This document shows positions 22,201-35,068 of a DNA stretch of 64,000 nucleotides, piece after piece (the first letter of the stretch is position 1; the number at the start of each line of letters is the position of its first letter). This DNA comes from Chara braunii. Its lineage: Eukaryota > Plantae > Charophyceae. The notes below the pieces were generated by a model. It was given only the letters and a program-made list of their open reading frames with translations, was not told where the DNA came from and ran no database searches. Location of the stretch: assembly GCA_003427395.1 (NCBI GenBank), contig BFEA01000003.1, positions 4,714,266 through 4,778,265 on the forward strand. Reading direction: 5' to 3'. The position numbers and the translations under genes were made by a program.

Positions 22201-23890
22201 GGACTTCAGCCCCCCAGTACGTTGATTCGCGTGCGGGTTCGATTTTCAGGCGTTCAACCGCGCGTAACCCCCTATGCTACAGCGAGCGAGAAACGCCCTC
22301 GGCTGGGCCACCACTGCAATTGCATACGAAAAGCTTTCGCATGTGGTTCAGTAGCTCGGCGGGGATACGCCCACCTAAGGGATGGTGACAGCTTCCGCAT
22401 GTGGAGGTAAGCGGTGCCTCGCATGACCCTGTCCTATCGTAGGGGCTCGCGAGAGGTACAGCTGGCGCACTCGGTCGGAGCGGCTAAAACACTCTGCGAC
22501 AAAGTCCTGCAAAATCCTGTGTGACGCGGCCGGGAGGGTCCCCGTGCGAGACCGATGCGCTCGACAGCGTTATGCCCTGGCTTGAAAAGCCCTTCGATGC
22601 ATGGTCCGAATTGGACTGGGAGAACACAATGAAAGACTGCCCTTGAGCATCTGATTATCGACTAGCATTCATCCAAGAATGGGGGACATTCATCTTCCTC
22701 GACCAAATCCTCGTGACGAAACACACGCCGGTGTTGTCTGCGGCATTTCGTACCCAAGACCGTTTTTTGCCGTTGACTGCGCACAACGTGTCGTGTCCAC
22801 CACGCTTGTGGGAACCATCGATGAAGATGGAGTTGCTCGACTGCGCGAAACAGAACCAGTTTCTAGAGGAATATCCCTTCCTTTCCAGGACAACTTGACG
22901 GGGAGTGTGTCGTACTTTTGCGTGATCTTTGTCGTTTCTCTTTCGCTAGGGTTCTTTGTGTTTTGGTAAGAAATAGAAGTAAGACTTCAGTGGAAGCGAG
23001 TATTTACGTGTCCTGAAACGGGCTCATCGTTGACGGGGACTCGATTATGTAAACGCATGGTTGGAGGAACGGTAGGTTTGACGTGAAACTGGCGGGCCAG
23101 GTCGATACACCCCGGCATTGGTAGGAGGTCGAGGAGTACGTGAAGGTCATTAGAGATGACATCGGTCGCACTTTAGCGAGATCATGTGGTTTCATCCGTG
23201 CACGATACGTGTCTTGCTTCTCCTCCACTGCAACCCTGTGCAGTCCACAGCTCCTGACGTACGGTTCATCCCTGAACACAGTGTACAGTTTCGGGGCGAA
23301 AGGAAAGGCGAGGTCGAGGGGGAGGTCATGGGAGATGAACAGTGTAGGACATGTCAGCTATTCAGCTGTTCAGCAAAAGTGACACCGAAGACTGTGTATG
23401 CGTGCGAGCATTGAGTTTGATGTGAGCTTGTCAATGTCGGTTTAACCTCCCTCTCTCTTTCTCTCTCTTATGTGTGCGTGTGTGTGTTTAGTGATCGGTG
23501 GAGCGTACTGTTAGTCGCTCGTTGCGGGTGCCGGTTACCTGCCTTGCCAATTGAATGCCTCGAATTGATGATGGATGTAAGTTTCCAATTGATGTGCCTT
23601 GATTGGTGTGCCTTGTTTGTGACGCCGCTTCCTGTTCAGCGAAAGATGAACAGTTTGAGAAATGTGGGTCATTCAGCAATAGTGTGGACTGAGAATGTAT
23701 GTGTTATGAAAGCAATGGGTTTGATGTGAAAATGTCGATGCTGGCTTTCGATCCTTCTGCTTTGTTTGATGTGACTTTTAGCTATGCCGCTCCCGTGTTC
23801 TGTTTGTCTGCTTTTGGATACGCCGTCCCGTTCCCGTGTTCTGTTTGCCAGCCCGGTCGTGTCGAACTGTCACGCTGCCCCCCCACGTTT

Positions 23891-24545
23891 GAGTCAAACT
23901 CGATCGAATCGACCTCCATCGAGTCGATCTCGATCGAGTCGAACACGATCGAGTCGAACACGATCGCCTGGACTCATGATCGGATCCAACACGATCGTCT
24001 GGACTCACAATCGTCTGGACTCACGAACGCCTGGACTCACGTTCGAGTCGACACGATCGGCTCGAAGACGATCGCCTTAACTCACCATTGAGTCGAACAC
24101 GATCGCCTGGGCTCACGATCGACTCGAACTCGATCGAGTCGAACACGATCGTGTCAAACTCGATCGAGTCGAGCATGATCGAGTCGAGCATGATCGAGTC
24201 GAGCACGATCGTGTCGAACTCGATCGAGTCGAACACGATCGCCTGGACTTACAATCGACTCGAAAACGATCGAGTCGAACACGATTGAGTCGAACGTGAT
24301 CGTGTCGATCATGATCGAGTCGAACACGATCGAGTCAAACACGATCGAGTCGAGCACGATCAAGTCGAACACGATTGAGTCGAACGCGATCGAGTCGATC
24401 ATGATCGAGTCGAACACGATCGAGTCGAACACGATAAGCCTGGACTCACAATCGAGTCGAACACGATCGAGTTGGTCTGTCACGCTCACACCGAACAAGA
24501 TCGTGTTGACCACGGGCATGATCACGATCGAGTTGAACACGATCG
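23891..24545. repeat. 15-bp tandem repeat, consensus ATCGAGTCGAACACG
   Basis: Roughly 40 degenerate units, with interspersed GCCTGGACTCAC variants. Confidence 0.95.
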
Positions 24546-24738
24546 TGGTTGCCTCGTCACGAAGGAGATGCTGCCTTATCACTATTTGGAACTTTTCTGC
24601 TCCTCGTGCCATGCCAACGTTGTGTAGCCTTCTGATTTTGTGCTTCGCCGTGATGTGTTGTGTTGCTTTCAGATTAGGCAGCGCTACAAAACATGGAAGG
24701 AGAGGGGAAGGCAAGTAAATGACGAGCAAGTAAGAATT

Positions 24739-27700
24739 ATGGGAGCACGGAACAATCTCCGAAAAAATCGAAGGGGACTCCGACCGCTGGGGTTGGGAGT
24801 TTGGAGGCATCGGGGCTTAAGCGGCAACGCATCCCGGTTTCAAGGGGTGCACCTTCCACGGGCACTCCGTCGACTCGTGTTCGGCTCTGGACCGGATAAG
24901 GCTGTGTTGATGACTGGCGGGCCTGCGGGTCAGGAACGTGTGCCTGGTCCACAGCACGGGAGATCTGCAGTGGAGGTTATGCCCGAACGCAAACCGTCTG
25001 GAGAACGTAAACCGTCTGGCGAACGTAAACCGTCTGGTGAAACGACTGCTGCGGGTCGGCGAGACGATGTCCCCGTGATTGACCACAAGGACAAGTTATG
25101 GATGCTGGACTGGGTGGGGGAGACCGGACAACCATCGAGTGGCCTTGTTCTATACGTGGTCATCAAAGAAAATATTGTGCCGGTTGGCGGCCTGGTGAGG
25201 TGGACTGGGCAAAATGTGTCGTTTGCAACTTTCGAGTTGACGATGGTCCTGAATGGAAGAGGGGAAAGAATACCAAACATTAAACACGTCGCTCTTCGAT
25301 GGGCCAAACACGCGGGGCTTGGAAAGTCGCTGGTTGATGTGTTCAACCCACCAGGGACATTGGAAGTGAAGTTGCCTAACCTCGTTGACGTCCTCGGGTT
25401 TTTCGACAGTAATGTGATCGCGGGCAGAGCGCCGGTTGTGCATCCAAAGGACCGCATATCAGAGCCTAAATGCGTGCTTTCGAAAACCGTGGAGACAGGG
25501 TCTTCGATCACGATCCGCGATACGCCGCCTGGTCCGAAAGCTGGGCAGATAGGAGAGAAGGGTCCGTGCCGCGGACTGGTCGTACCATCAGCCCCTATGA
25601 AGACCAGGCCAACGACGACCAAAACACCAGTTGCCTTGGGCAGTCGATCGCGCTATGATGTGGCCACCAAGGGACATCCCCCCTTGGTGGGCCAGCAGCG
25701 CTATGACTACGTAGAGGAAGTCCATGAGTATTTTGAAGATGAGGATGAATAGAACAGCAAGGAATATTCTGAACGAGCAAGAGGACAGGAACAGTATGCT
25801 GCGGGTGTCGGCGCCATGATGAAGACAGTGAGCACACTGTGAGCGCATCGGGTGGGGAGGTTGGTCTGGCAGGAGGATATGGGAGCAGCTACGAAGGATA
25901 TGAGGGGGATGTGCACGCGACAAAGGCTGTGGCTGGGCATACAGATGCTGCAGGGCTCTCTGAGCGAAAGAGGAAGCACAGGCGCGAGAGGAAAAGTCTT
26001 ATGGATAATAAACGGAGTAGGCAAGAAGCGGGTGAAAAAAAACGATTGAAAATAATGTCCGTGGATGAGGCGGTCCAGCGAACGCGGGAGACTGAGGCAG
26101 CCGCGAAGAAAAAGCAGCAGCCAAAAAAAAGAAAGGCAAAAGGTGGTGTTATGGAAAAGACTTCTGTTTTTCCAGCGGAACAACCACAATCGGATGAAGA
26201 GGCCCAAGGCAAGACAGTTACTAGGCCGCCAAGTTTGCGAAATGTGTCATCAGTGACTTCTTCTGGTGTTCTTAGCAAAGGTTTTTTCCTTGAGTTGGAC
26301 GAGCGTGGGAACCAATGTCCAGACATGGAATTCATTTCTGTCCAGTTCGACAGAATTATGAATATCCCCGATGGGGAATTCAGATACAATCAACGTTATC
26401 TTGTGCAGCAGACGGTTGACGATATTTATGACGCAATGATTGCATCGGGTGAGGCTGCTATGAGAGAGAAAATGACTGGAGTTGCCGGTGTGAATGTCTA
26501 TACGTTGTATGAGAAGCCTGTCCTTTTGTTGGTTGCCCTCCGTGATACATTGCATACTAACGCTTCAGGGAGGATTGTGAGAGCAAGGAGGGTATTGCCC
26601 TATGATTTCGATCTCGAATCTGTGAACAAGTACTACTACTACCCTCTCAGCGGTCAGCATAACGTGGCAGCGGCAAGAAGATTTTGTTGAACACCCTGAC
26701 ATCGCACAAGAGCTCCGATTGGATCGCTGGACTGCGAGGCCTGTTTATTATCCGGATAAGAGCATGGACAATTACGGCACGCTGAGCACTTTCCAGAACT
26801 CCAAGGACAAATGGAATACCCCACCGCACCAGAACGTGGTCGTCCAGAACATACGAAAGTTGTGGCACGAATCGAACTGTCCTGAAGCTAAAGGCGGCTC
26901 AGTAGCAGAAGTGAGAAATGCAGAGTATAGAAAGTTTGCAGGAGAGGCTCTTCGTTCGACCGGGATTCGTAATTTTATTGACATGTCCCTTACTACTCAG
27001 TAGAGCGGCCAGTGGTCTGACGCCCTTGGGCCCTACATGTTGTTGGCAAGGGCGACAGATGACGTTTTCGAAAAGGTGAAACAAGTGTACGCCGCTTGGG
27101 AAGCTGGACAATTGTCGGGGAGAGATGATGTGAAGCCTGCTACCAAACAAGGTGAATCAGGGAAGGCACCGAGGGCTGGACCCGGATTTGAGTTGAAAGG
27201 TGGAGTTAGGTATCCGGTTCACTGGGTTCAAGGTACCAAAGGACCTGGTTACCTCGTGGCTGTGCACGATCCGGATATCAGAGCGTGGAAGCCTTTTTCA
27301 GCGCTTGGGAGGCGTGAGCGGCTGCAACTATTGCGAGACATTCTCACAGGCAGTGTAATACCGACTCCTTAACAAAGTGGAGTTGCTCAACGTGCCGGAA
27401 AACATTCAACGGAAACATATGTGGAAATGGTGAAGAATGAAAGAGCAATGTTGAGGATGTTTCACTACTTCGTCTTCATTTCTAACCCTCACAGGAAGTC
27501 GTCAGAGTGGACGGAACCATTCTTCAACAACCTTTCCGATTTGTTTGATAAGTACTCTGATGAAGGATTGACGTCCGAGAGGTGGATCGACCAGCGTCGC
27601 CATTTCAAAGAGATGAGTTGGGTGCGAACGTTCCCGGCTACACTTGGAGGAGAGGAGGAAAAAGGAGAAGAGGGCTTCAAGAAAACAGCGTCACTTGCTG

Positions 27701-30441
27701 CGAAGTGCCCCGAAGAGTTCATGCAGTTTGTCAACAAGTTGTTGCGTAGATCAGAAACCAGGGGTTCGGAAAGCATAAGAATGTCGGGCTCGGCGCAATA
27801 TATACATTTCAAAAGACAGAACGTGAACTCTATTTTCGTCTCATTCCAACGAGAAGCAAGCGATATCTCAGACGAGATGGATTCCAAGGAAATATATAGA
27901 GTCGTCAAACATATGAGTTGCCACACGGCCGTGCTAGATTTATGTCACCCAACCCAGATAGGGTGTGGACTAAAGAAGTCTTTGATGGTCTGCGGAAGTT
28001 CATGGGAAGACTGACTCATGATTATTGGACATTATTGTGCTTCGTTCCGCGATCTTGCGAGTATACATTTTTCAAGCAAGTTACAAGTTGGGAGATTGAC
28101 ATTCACTTGTCTATTCTAAAGTGGACTCGTCAGCTACAAACGAAGGCGAAGCATTTATATAAGGTTGCGAACTTGCCTTTGGAGGACACAGACAGAATGG
28201 TCGTCATCATGTACTCCAACAATGGGGATTATCACCGCAACACTATTCCCTTGCTTGAAGACATTCCAGCAAGCACTCCAGCTGCAGATCGATCATCTGG
28301 CGAGCAGGCGGGTGACTTATCAGCACTTGTGCGCACAGAGAGCAGGCCAAAGATGTTGGCTGATGTCGTGGAGAGGAACTTCACGCCCACGAAGTTGAAA
28401 ATGGCAGGTATGGAGCCAAAAGAGAAATTGGTGTACGAAGGTATCGAAAGGGAGCCAAATGCGATGGTGGAGACATTGGAGCATTTTTGTCATGCGGATG
28501 AGATGGTTGTTTTCCTGGGAAAAGACCATGCGGCGTTGATTTGGGAGTTGTTAAAGAGTCACCGTCATTACATTGTTCTGGAAGGGAAGTGTATGAAGTT
28601 CGAGTTTCTCGTTCAATTCGTCACCAAGATGGTCAAGAGTGGACTTTACCTCGCCAAATTTGTTAAGTCGCCTCCTCGACATGATGAAAAGCGTGATCTC
28701 GTCTACAAAGTCGGCAAAAACATCGTCAACATTTGGGAGTTCCTTTTCGAGACTAAGCCACAAAACAGAGGGGAACGTGCATATGTCGTCAGAAGACGAA
28801 AAATGAAATCACTTCTGAGGGGATATCATAAGGTACCGGCGGAGACGGAAGTTGCATTTCTGGACCGTTTGGAGATGATGTACTTCGACCAACAAATCAG
28901 GGCGTTTACAATCGCAGCTTGTGCAACTTGTTTTGGGGAAGGCTTCGATGCTGAGGACTCAGAGGAAGAAAGTGAAGATGGTACTTTGCAAGCGGCTTTG
29001 GTAGATGAGAGGGAAAAAGCTTGTAGCTCGGCTTCGCAGAAGATGGGGGCGCCGGGCACATCGTCCGGTTCTGGGGGGCTTCGAGTATGGCAGTTACAAC
29101 GGACCAGTTTCAACGGACCAGTTACATGGCGGGCAACACAACAGCGTTATCTTTCGGCGCAGTTCGGGATGATCTGAGGCTGCAGGCAATTCTCTCCCCA
29201 GAGGTTATGGCAAGTCTGTCAGCACTTGCACATAGCCCGGCTACTGTTTTGGAATTGCTACGCTCTCAAACTCCTCAACCACCTCCGTCTGAGCCTTTGG
29301 AATACGAGATTGAAGACATCATCCCTCCGGACATTGCACGGTTTCCTGGACCTATTGTGTGCCGGAACGATTATACGGTGATGCCTGACAACGTATGGGG
29401 TCATCACATTATATGGCACCCCCACCACTTCCAACCTGCATTGGCGAGAGGGAACTGGGTAATGGATATAAAAGAAGAAGAGGAGTGGAAATTTTGCCTC
29501 CACAGACGCATGTCACGATCCAAGTTTGTCGCACATGCAAAAAATGAGATTGGCAAGCGACTAATGCGACTTAATCCGAAGGTTTCTCCATCAAAACTGA
29601 ATGCAAGGACAGAAGAAATCTTAAAGGAGTTCAAAACATCTCGATGGCTTGAGTATCTGGAAGAGTTCTATGATCGAGAAACAAATCCAGCTTTTGGATA
29701 TAATTGGCGTATCGAAGAGGAACTTGAAGACAAAGTTGGGGAAAGGAAAGGAGCGAGCGAGGCGGCGATGTGCTTGGCAAGGGAACAAGATCAAGTGGTG
29801 GTGAACATGGCAAGGGATCGGAACCACGGGGCGGTGTCAGTAGCAAGGGCCTGGGACCGAGCGTCAGTGCAAGTGGAAAGTCAATAAGTCATGGTGAACT
29901 GCAAAAACACGAAATGTGTCAAGGGCATCAAGCAACAGAGGGAAACGTATCAGGACCAAGCGGCGGTGCACATGACAAGGGATCGGGTTCGCCTCTGGGA
30001 TTAGGACCAAGCAGCGGTGCACATTGCAGGGGATCGGGTTCGCCTCTGGGATTAGGACCAAGCGGCAGTGCACATGGCAGGGGATCGAGAGGCGATGCAA
30101 GTGGCCAGGATTTGGGAGGAAGCGGCGGTGCAAGCGTCAAGGGCGTAAGTCATGGAGAACTGTCGAAATGTGTCGAGGACGTCCTTCCGGTTGACCAAGT
30201 TTGGGCGACCACTTTGTTAGCGAGCGAGAGTGTTATTGCGCAAGTGGATGATACTGGTGCACTTGCAGAATTAGAGATGCCATTGGATATGCCAGCTGAG
30301 AAAGATGAACATGAAGTCTCTCTGGACATTAAGAATGAAAGCGCGACTGCAGGTGCAAACGAAACTGCCAATGTACAGGCCATCGAAGAGGATGAAGGAT
30401 ATATAGTACTAAGTACACGGGAGCAACATACGCTTGTATAG
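24739..30441 (+). pseudogene. Disrupted large TE-type protein with a ParB/Srx-like region (about 26330-26810) and a degenerate beta-class DNA methyltransferase-like fold (about 27900-28630)
   Basis: Chain of abutting + strand ORFs. YYPLSGQHNVAAAR...RWTARPVYY...LSTFQN; TAVLDL...WTKEVF...LLCFVP...ILKWTR...EREPNAMVETLEHFCHADEMVVFLG...RHYIVLEG. Domain calls are by eye. Confidence 0.5.
29953..30086 (+). repeat. 51-bp coding tandem repeat (about 2.6 copies)
   Basis: GGACCAAGCGGCGGTGCACATG...GGGATCGGGTTCGCCTCTGGGATTA, encoding GPSxxAHxxGSGSPLGL. Confidence 0.85.
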
Positions 30442-31202
30442 CCTGAACTTATGGTTGCAAAATCAGAAGCACAACAGTCAGTTAACCTCGTGATATCTAT
30501 CGACGAAGCTCCTTTTACACCATCGCATGGTGCGATAGAAGATCGTGTTGAAGACAAAGTGTTAGTGAGCCACCGAGGTGAGCACGTACTTATCTCTAAG
30601 GGAATATCTAATATTGTATGCGGATTAGGGGGTACATGCACTCATCTCATAGGAACTAAGTTTTTACCTAAGTTTGCAACCGTGCGCTCGATCATGAGAA
30701 GAAATGAAGTATAATATTGTGTATCTCTTATTTGCATTTATGTGAAAAATTGAACTTAAACTCATAATATTTTGTCTTGTCAATCATTGTCGTTTTATAT
30801 TGCTGAACATGTAGGGCAACGAAAAGAACTGTGGAAAACGACGCACGTACATTCGCAAAGACAGAGTGAGAATAATATTATTCATCATAGTTTGCAAGCC
30901 TTATCGACTTTGCCGTTATTGCCCAAAAAAGAGAGAAGAAGACTTACACCCATGACATTGTTATCTATGAAGTCAGTTGCCCTAAGGATGTTTAAAACTG
31001 TTGGAATAAGCCTCAGGGAAGGGAATAAATTGCATCGCGAAGGTTGCAGTTTATCTATTGTGGATGGCAGCTCTGATAGCGAAACAGATAGACAACCAAA
31101 AACATGAACTCGGGTCTACGTCGTACATCACATAACAAAAAGTTTGTTTTTGTATGAAGTCTTAGTCGTTCCATTGTTGTTTATATGTGTATTTGTATGC
31201 AG

Positions 31203-32004
31203 TGCATGACCCTTCGTTCCAGATTCCTTTAGCAACAAAATGTCTCACCGTAGAAGAAAAGGAGTATCTTGACATGATTACAGGCAGCAGCGAAGACAAT
31301 AAAGCATACAGCATTGTCGATTACAAGGGGAGCTAGAAGGTGGGAAAGGAAGACATCATGGTCGTCGTCGAGGATGGGAAATGGCTAAATGACGAAGTCG
31401 TCAATTTGTACCTGCTAGCCGTTTAGATCACCAATGATCACATCAAGGTTGATTCGGCATGTACAGAAGTGACAAGAGATAGGGTTCTTTTTGTGCACAT
31501 TTTCAGTTTTTTTTCTTCACTCGATTGTCAGGTCCTTCGAGGTTTGAAACCGCATATTCCGAAGGAATGAAATGGGTGAAGGACACAAATTTTTTTTATT
31601 ATAACTTAGTGATTATCCCTCTTCATTTTGAAAATCACTGGGCGTTAGCTTATGTCAGCATAGACGGTCCTAACTGTAAATTCCACCTCATAGACTCTCT
31701 CCCTCGTGCTGACTATGTTTCAGTCCTTGAACGTTTTGAAGATTTTTTCGAAGCGGAGTTTCATCGACACAATCTTCGCGAAAGATATTATGTGGACGGT
31801 CCTACATCCTCCTTTGATACATCAATGGATGGGATTCCTACTCAAGAGGATCTTTGTAGTTGTGGTATTTTTATGTTAGGTTTTGCATCTTTGCTTGCAA
31901 GAGGTCACTTCCCTCCATTTGTTTTCTCACAAGCCAACATTTCTGATATGAGGCTTAGAATAGCATTTGACATTTTGTCCATGGTTAGATACGAAAGTCA
32001 ATGA
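31203..32004 (+). pseudogene. Ulp1/SENP-like cysteine protease (peptidase C48), disrupted
   Basis: KWLNDEVVNLYL, IPLHFENHWAL, LIDSL, PTQEDLCSCGIFML (His-Asp-Gln-Cys set present). Two stops and a frameshift in the 5' part. TGCAG acceptor at 31202. Confidence 0.9.
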
Positions 32005-32352
32005 GGTGCGACTAAAGATACAGTCCATAGTTAATATTTTGTTGATGAGATTGACATGTTTACTGAGTGTAAACATTCGAGGTAAAAATCTGACATTGTA
32101 TTATATTTTGAGCACAGGCAACACGGGAGCATGAGTATCACATTAATTTTTCCTCATTGTTTTGTCGTTCCTTTAACTTTGCATTGCTATGAACATTGTT
32201 TCGTCCTTATTTTGCTTTGTTGTTATTTCGATTTGTTGTTATTTTGCTTTGTCGTTATTTCGTCTGTAATTTCCTCATTTCGTTCTGCCATTTTATACTT
32301 TAAAAAAAAAAAGTGAACATGAAAACAATTTCACTTATAACGAAAACATCGT

Positions 32353-35068
32353 TGTAGTCCTTCACAAAGTCATTGCGTTTCGGCCAGATGTACAGGCGGC
32401 TCACACTAGCCAACGTCTTGTGGAAGCCCATATGAAAGGCGGCTGCCTGGTCATGGAACTCTGCCACTTCTCGGACACGTAGTTGTCCAGTGGAGGGAAC
32501 GCAAATACGGGGCTATCTGGTGCCCTGTGAACCGTGCCAGTACACGAGACCGTTGTCCGCGAGGACGTAGTTCGGGACGGTCTTGCCACTCTGAAGGGTC
32601 GCGTGGATGTTGCGATAGTCGGGGCAGTGGCGGTACTGAGTGCGAAACTCGTCGATCACCGAGTGGTGGACGGTGGTCACCGAGATGGAAGAGAGTTGGA
32701 TTTGCTCCTGGTCGTGGTCAGGGCGCCGGGATAAGGCATCTGCGACCCGATTAGTCTCACCCTTGATGTGCTCAGTGGTGAAACTAAACTCGGATAGGTC
32801 GCGCCACCAGCTAGCCTGTCGAGGAGTGCGTTTCAACTTTGACAGAAAAACATGGACAACATAGTTGTCCGTGCGCACCGTGAATGGTGCCCCGTGCAGG
32901 TAGTGACGTCAGTGTCAAGCGGTATAAACTATTGCGAGAACCCGGCGGGCAGGAGCTGACGGGAGTAGAAGGCTATCGGGCAATCACATGAGTGAAACTC
33001 GACGGTGTCGTCCTCGGCGATAGTAGGAGAATACTCAATAGAAAACTCGTCAGTAGCTGGACGAGTAGGCGTCAGTCGGGAAGCAGTGGTAGGGGTAGGG
33101 GGAGCGAAGCGAGGGATACGAGGATGAGAGGACTCAGGAGAGGAAGGGAAGACTTGGGAAAGCATTGCTCCTACAGCAAAGTCTGACGCATCGGTGGTAA
33201 GGATAAAAGGTCGATCAAATCGGGTAGGTGAAGAACCGGTGCGCATGTCACCGCCTTCTTGAGGGCGCGGAAGGCGTCCTCGTGGAGGGGTGTCCAAGCC
33301 CAGGGTGGGTTCTTCCGGAGGAGGGTGGAGGTAAGGACGTAGGAATACCTAGCGTATCCCCGGATGAAATTACTATAGTAGCTAGTCAAGCCTAGGAAGC
33401 TGCAAAGCTGCTTGGCAGATGTGGAGGCGGGCCACTCTGCAATAGCATTGATCTTCACGTCGTCCATGTGGAGACCCTGGTCAGACACGTAGTGTCCTAA
33501 GAAATTCACTTTGTGTTGGGCAAAGCGGCACTTGCTCAGCTTGGCGTAGAAGCCATGTCTGCGCAAGCGGTCAAGGACATCGCGGAGGTGTCTGAGGTGC
33601 TCCTCAAGGGTACGACTGTAGACCANGATATCGTCGAGGTAGACGAGAACGTACTGCTCCACGATGTCCCTGAAGATGTCGTTCATCGACCTCTGGAAGG
33701 TAGCGGGTGCGTTGGTGAGGCCGAATGGCATCACCGTAAACTTGTAGTGGCCGAAGCTCGATCGGAATGCGGTCTTCGGCTGGTCGGCTACAGCGACGCG
33801 GATCTGATGGTAACCGCTACGAAGATCAGTCTTCGTAAAGAAGCGGTTCTCTGCTAGGCGGTCAAACAGCTCATCGAAACGAGGCATGGGTAGCTGTTCT
33901 TAACCGTGTAGCGGTTGAGACCGCGGTAGCCGATGCAGAGACGAAGAGTTTCATCCGCTTTGCGAGCAAAGAGGACGGGTGCACCCCACGGGGAGTTGCT
34001 GGGTTTAATGAAACCCAATCTCAGGAGCTCCTCAAGCTGACGCTCGAGTTCGGTGGCCTCGGGGATCGAGAGTCTGTAGGGTGCCTGGTGGTGAACACAA
34101 TAGTCAGGCACAAGCTGGATGGAATGCTCGACGTCGCGAATCGGTAGGATGCCAGCGTGGGAGAACGACGATAGGAAAGCGTCGTGGTACTCTCAGATGA
34201 GGTCACGAACTGCGGGCTCCAGGTCAGTCGTATAGCGTGCGAGTTCCTCAGCGTCAGCGTCAGCGCGGAACGGCTGGGTGGACTCGACGGACGGCGGAGG
34301 GACGGAAGTAGAGATGGGAGTCATGGAGATAGAAGGAGGATCTAGCTCCAGAGGGATGAGCTCGGCGTCGGGACAGGGTGGATCATAGTATAAGAGATCC
34401 GTCACGTTCACCATAAAGAAGGTGACGACGTCTTGTCGGATGAAGTGGGCGAACTGCCGAGGCGAGGTGACAGTGATATAAAGAGATGGTGTGGGCACAG
34501 AAGGCTCCGGGGGAGGAGGATCGGGGCGTGGTGTCGCAGTGGTACCTATGAAAGGTACGCGATACGTTTGTCCACACTTCGTTTTGAGAACGAGAGTGTT
34601 GGTCGCACAATCGGCTTCGGTGCTGCAGAACCGACGAGACCACGGAGTGTCGAGAATGAAGTTGTACCTCGTCTCCATCACATCGAAATGTGTAGAGGAG
34701 CGGTAGCGACGAGACGCCGCTGGACGATCAGTCCGCTCGAGAGTGAGGAAGAAAGGGAGGTTGGTGACCGTCTGATCGAAGAAGCGTTGGGTCTTGTCAT
34801 CCCCTAGGGTGACAGAGATGGGAGTTGGAGACCCGGTCGTGGGTAAGCGGGCTTCTTTCACCACACGTGGGTGAATGAAGTCGCTCTGAGAACCGGAATC
34901 CCACAGCGTTGAGTACACCCTCGTGAAGGTCCCCAGTTGTACGGGGATGATCGGAAGGGTGCGATCAGGATTGGAAAGGATGGTGAGAAGGCGACGCGTG
35001 GCAACGACATGGAGGGTGGGTCGCTCCTGACGAGCCTGGAGCATGCTCAAGTCCAGAAGAGAGGACAC
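32353..35068 (-). pseudogene. pol: pol of element B (PR, RT, RNase H, partial integrase)
   Basis: LWDSGSQSDFI; [35 protein letters not shown]; TTDASDFAVGA, PIAFYSR, NRVADALSR; FHDQ...HMGFHKT...YIWPK. Frameshifted. Confidence 0.95.

Larger units (their letters stand above)
1..22566 (+). mobile_element. Ty3/Gypsy LTR retrotransposon (element A), decayed; 5' LTR runs off the window start
   Basis: Positions 1-1924 are directly repeated at 20390-22566, both ending ...GCGCTCGACA. A PBS follows 1924. Domain order is gag-PR-RT-RH-IN. Many in-frame stops and frameshifts. Confidence 0.95.
14647..22566 (+). repeat. 3' LTR of element A. Only 20390-22566 is proven by the repeat; the start at 14647 is tentative.
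   Basis: Homology to the 5' LTR covers 20390-22566. The candidate start TG at 14647 follows GGGGG, a weak PPT. Contains N gaps. Confidence 0.55.

Noticed and set aside
24021-24810. ORFs with IESNT / FDSIV repeats
   Set aside because: Translations of the 15-bp tandem repeat, open on both strands.
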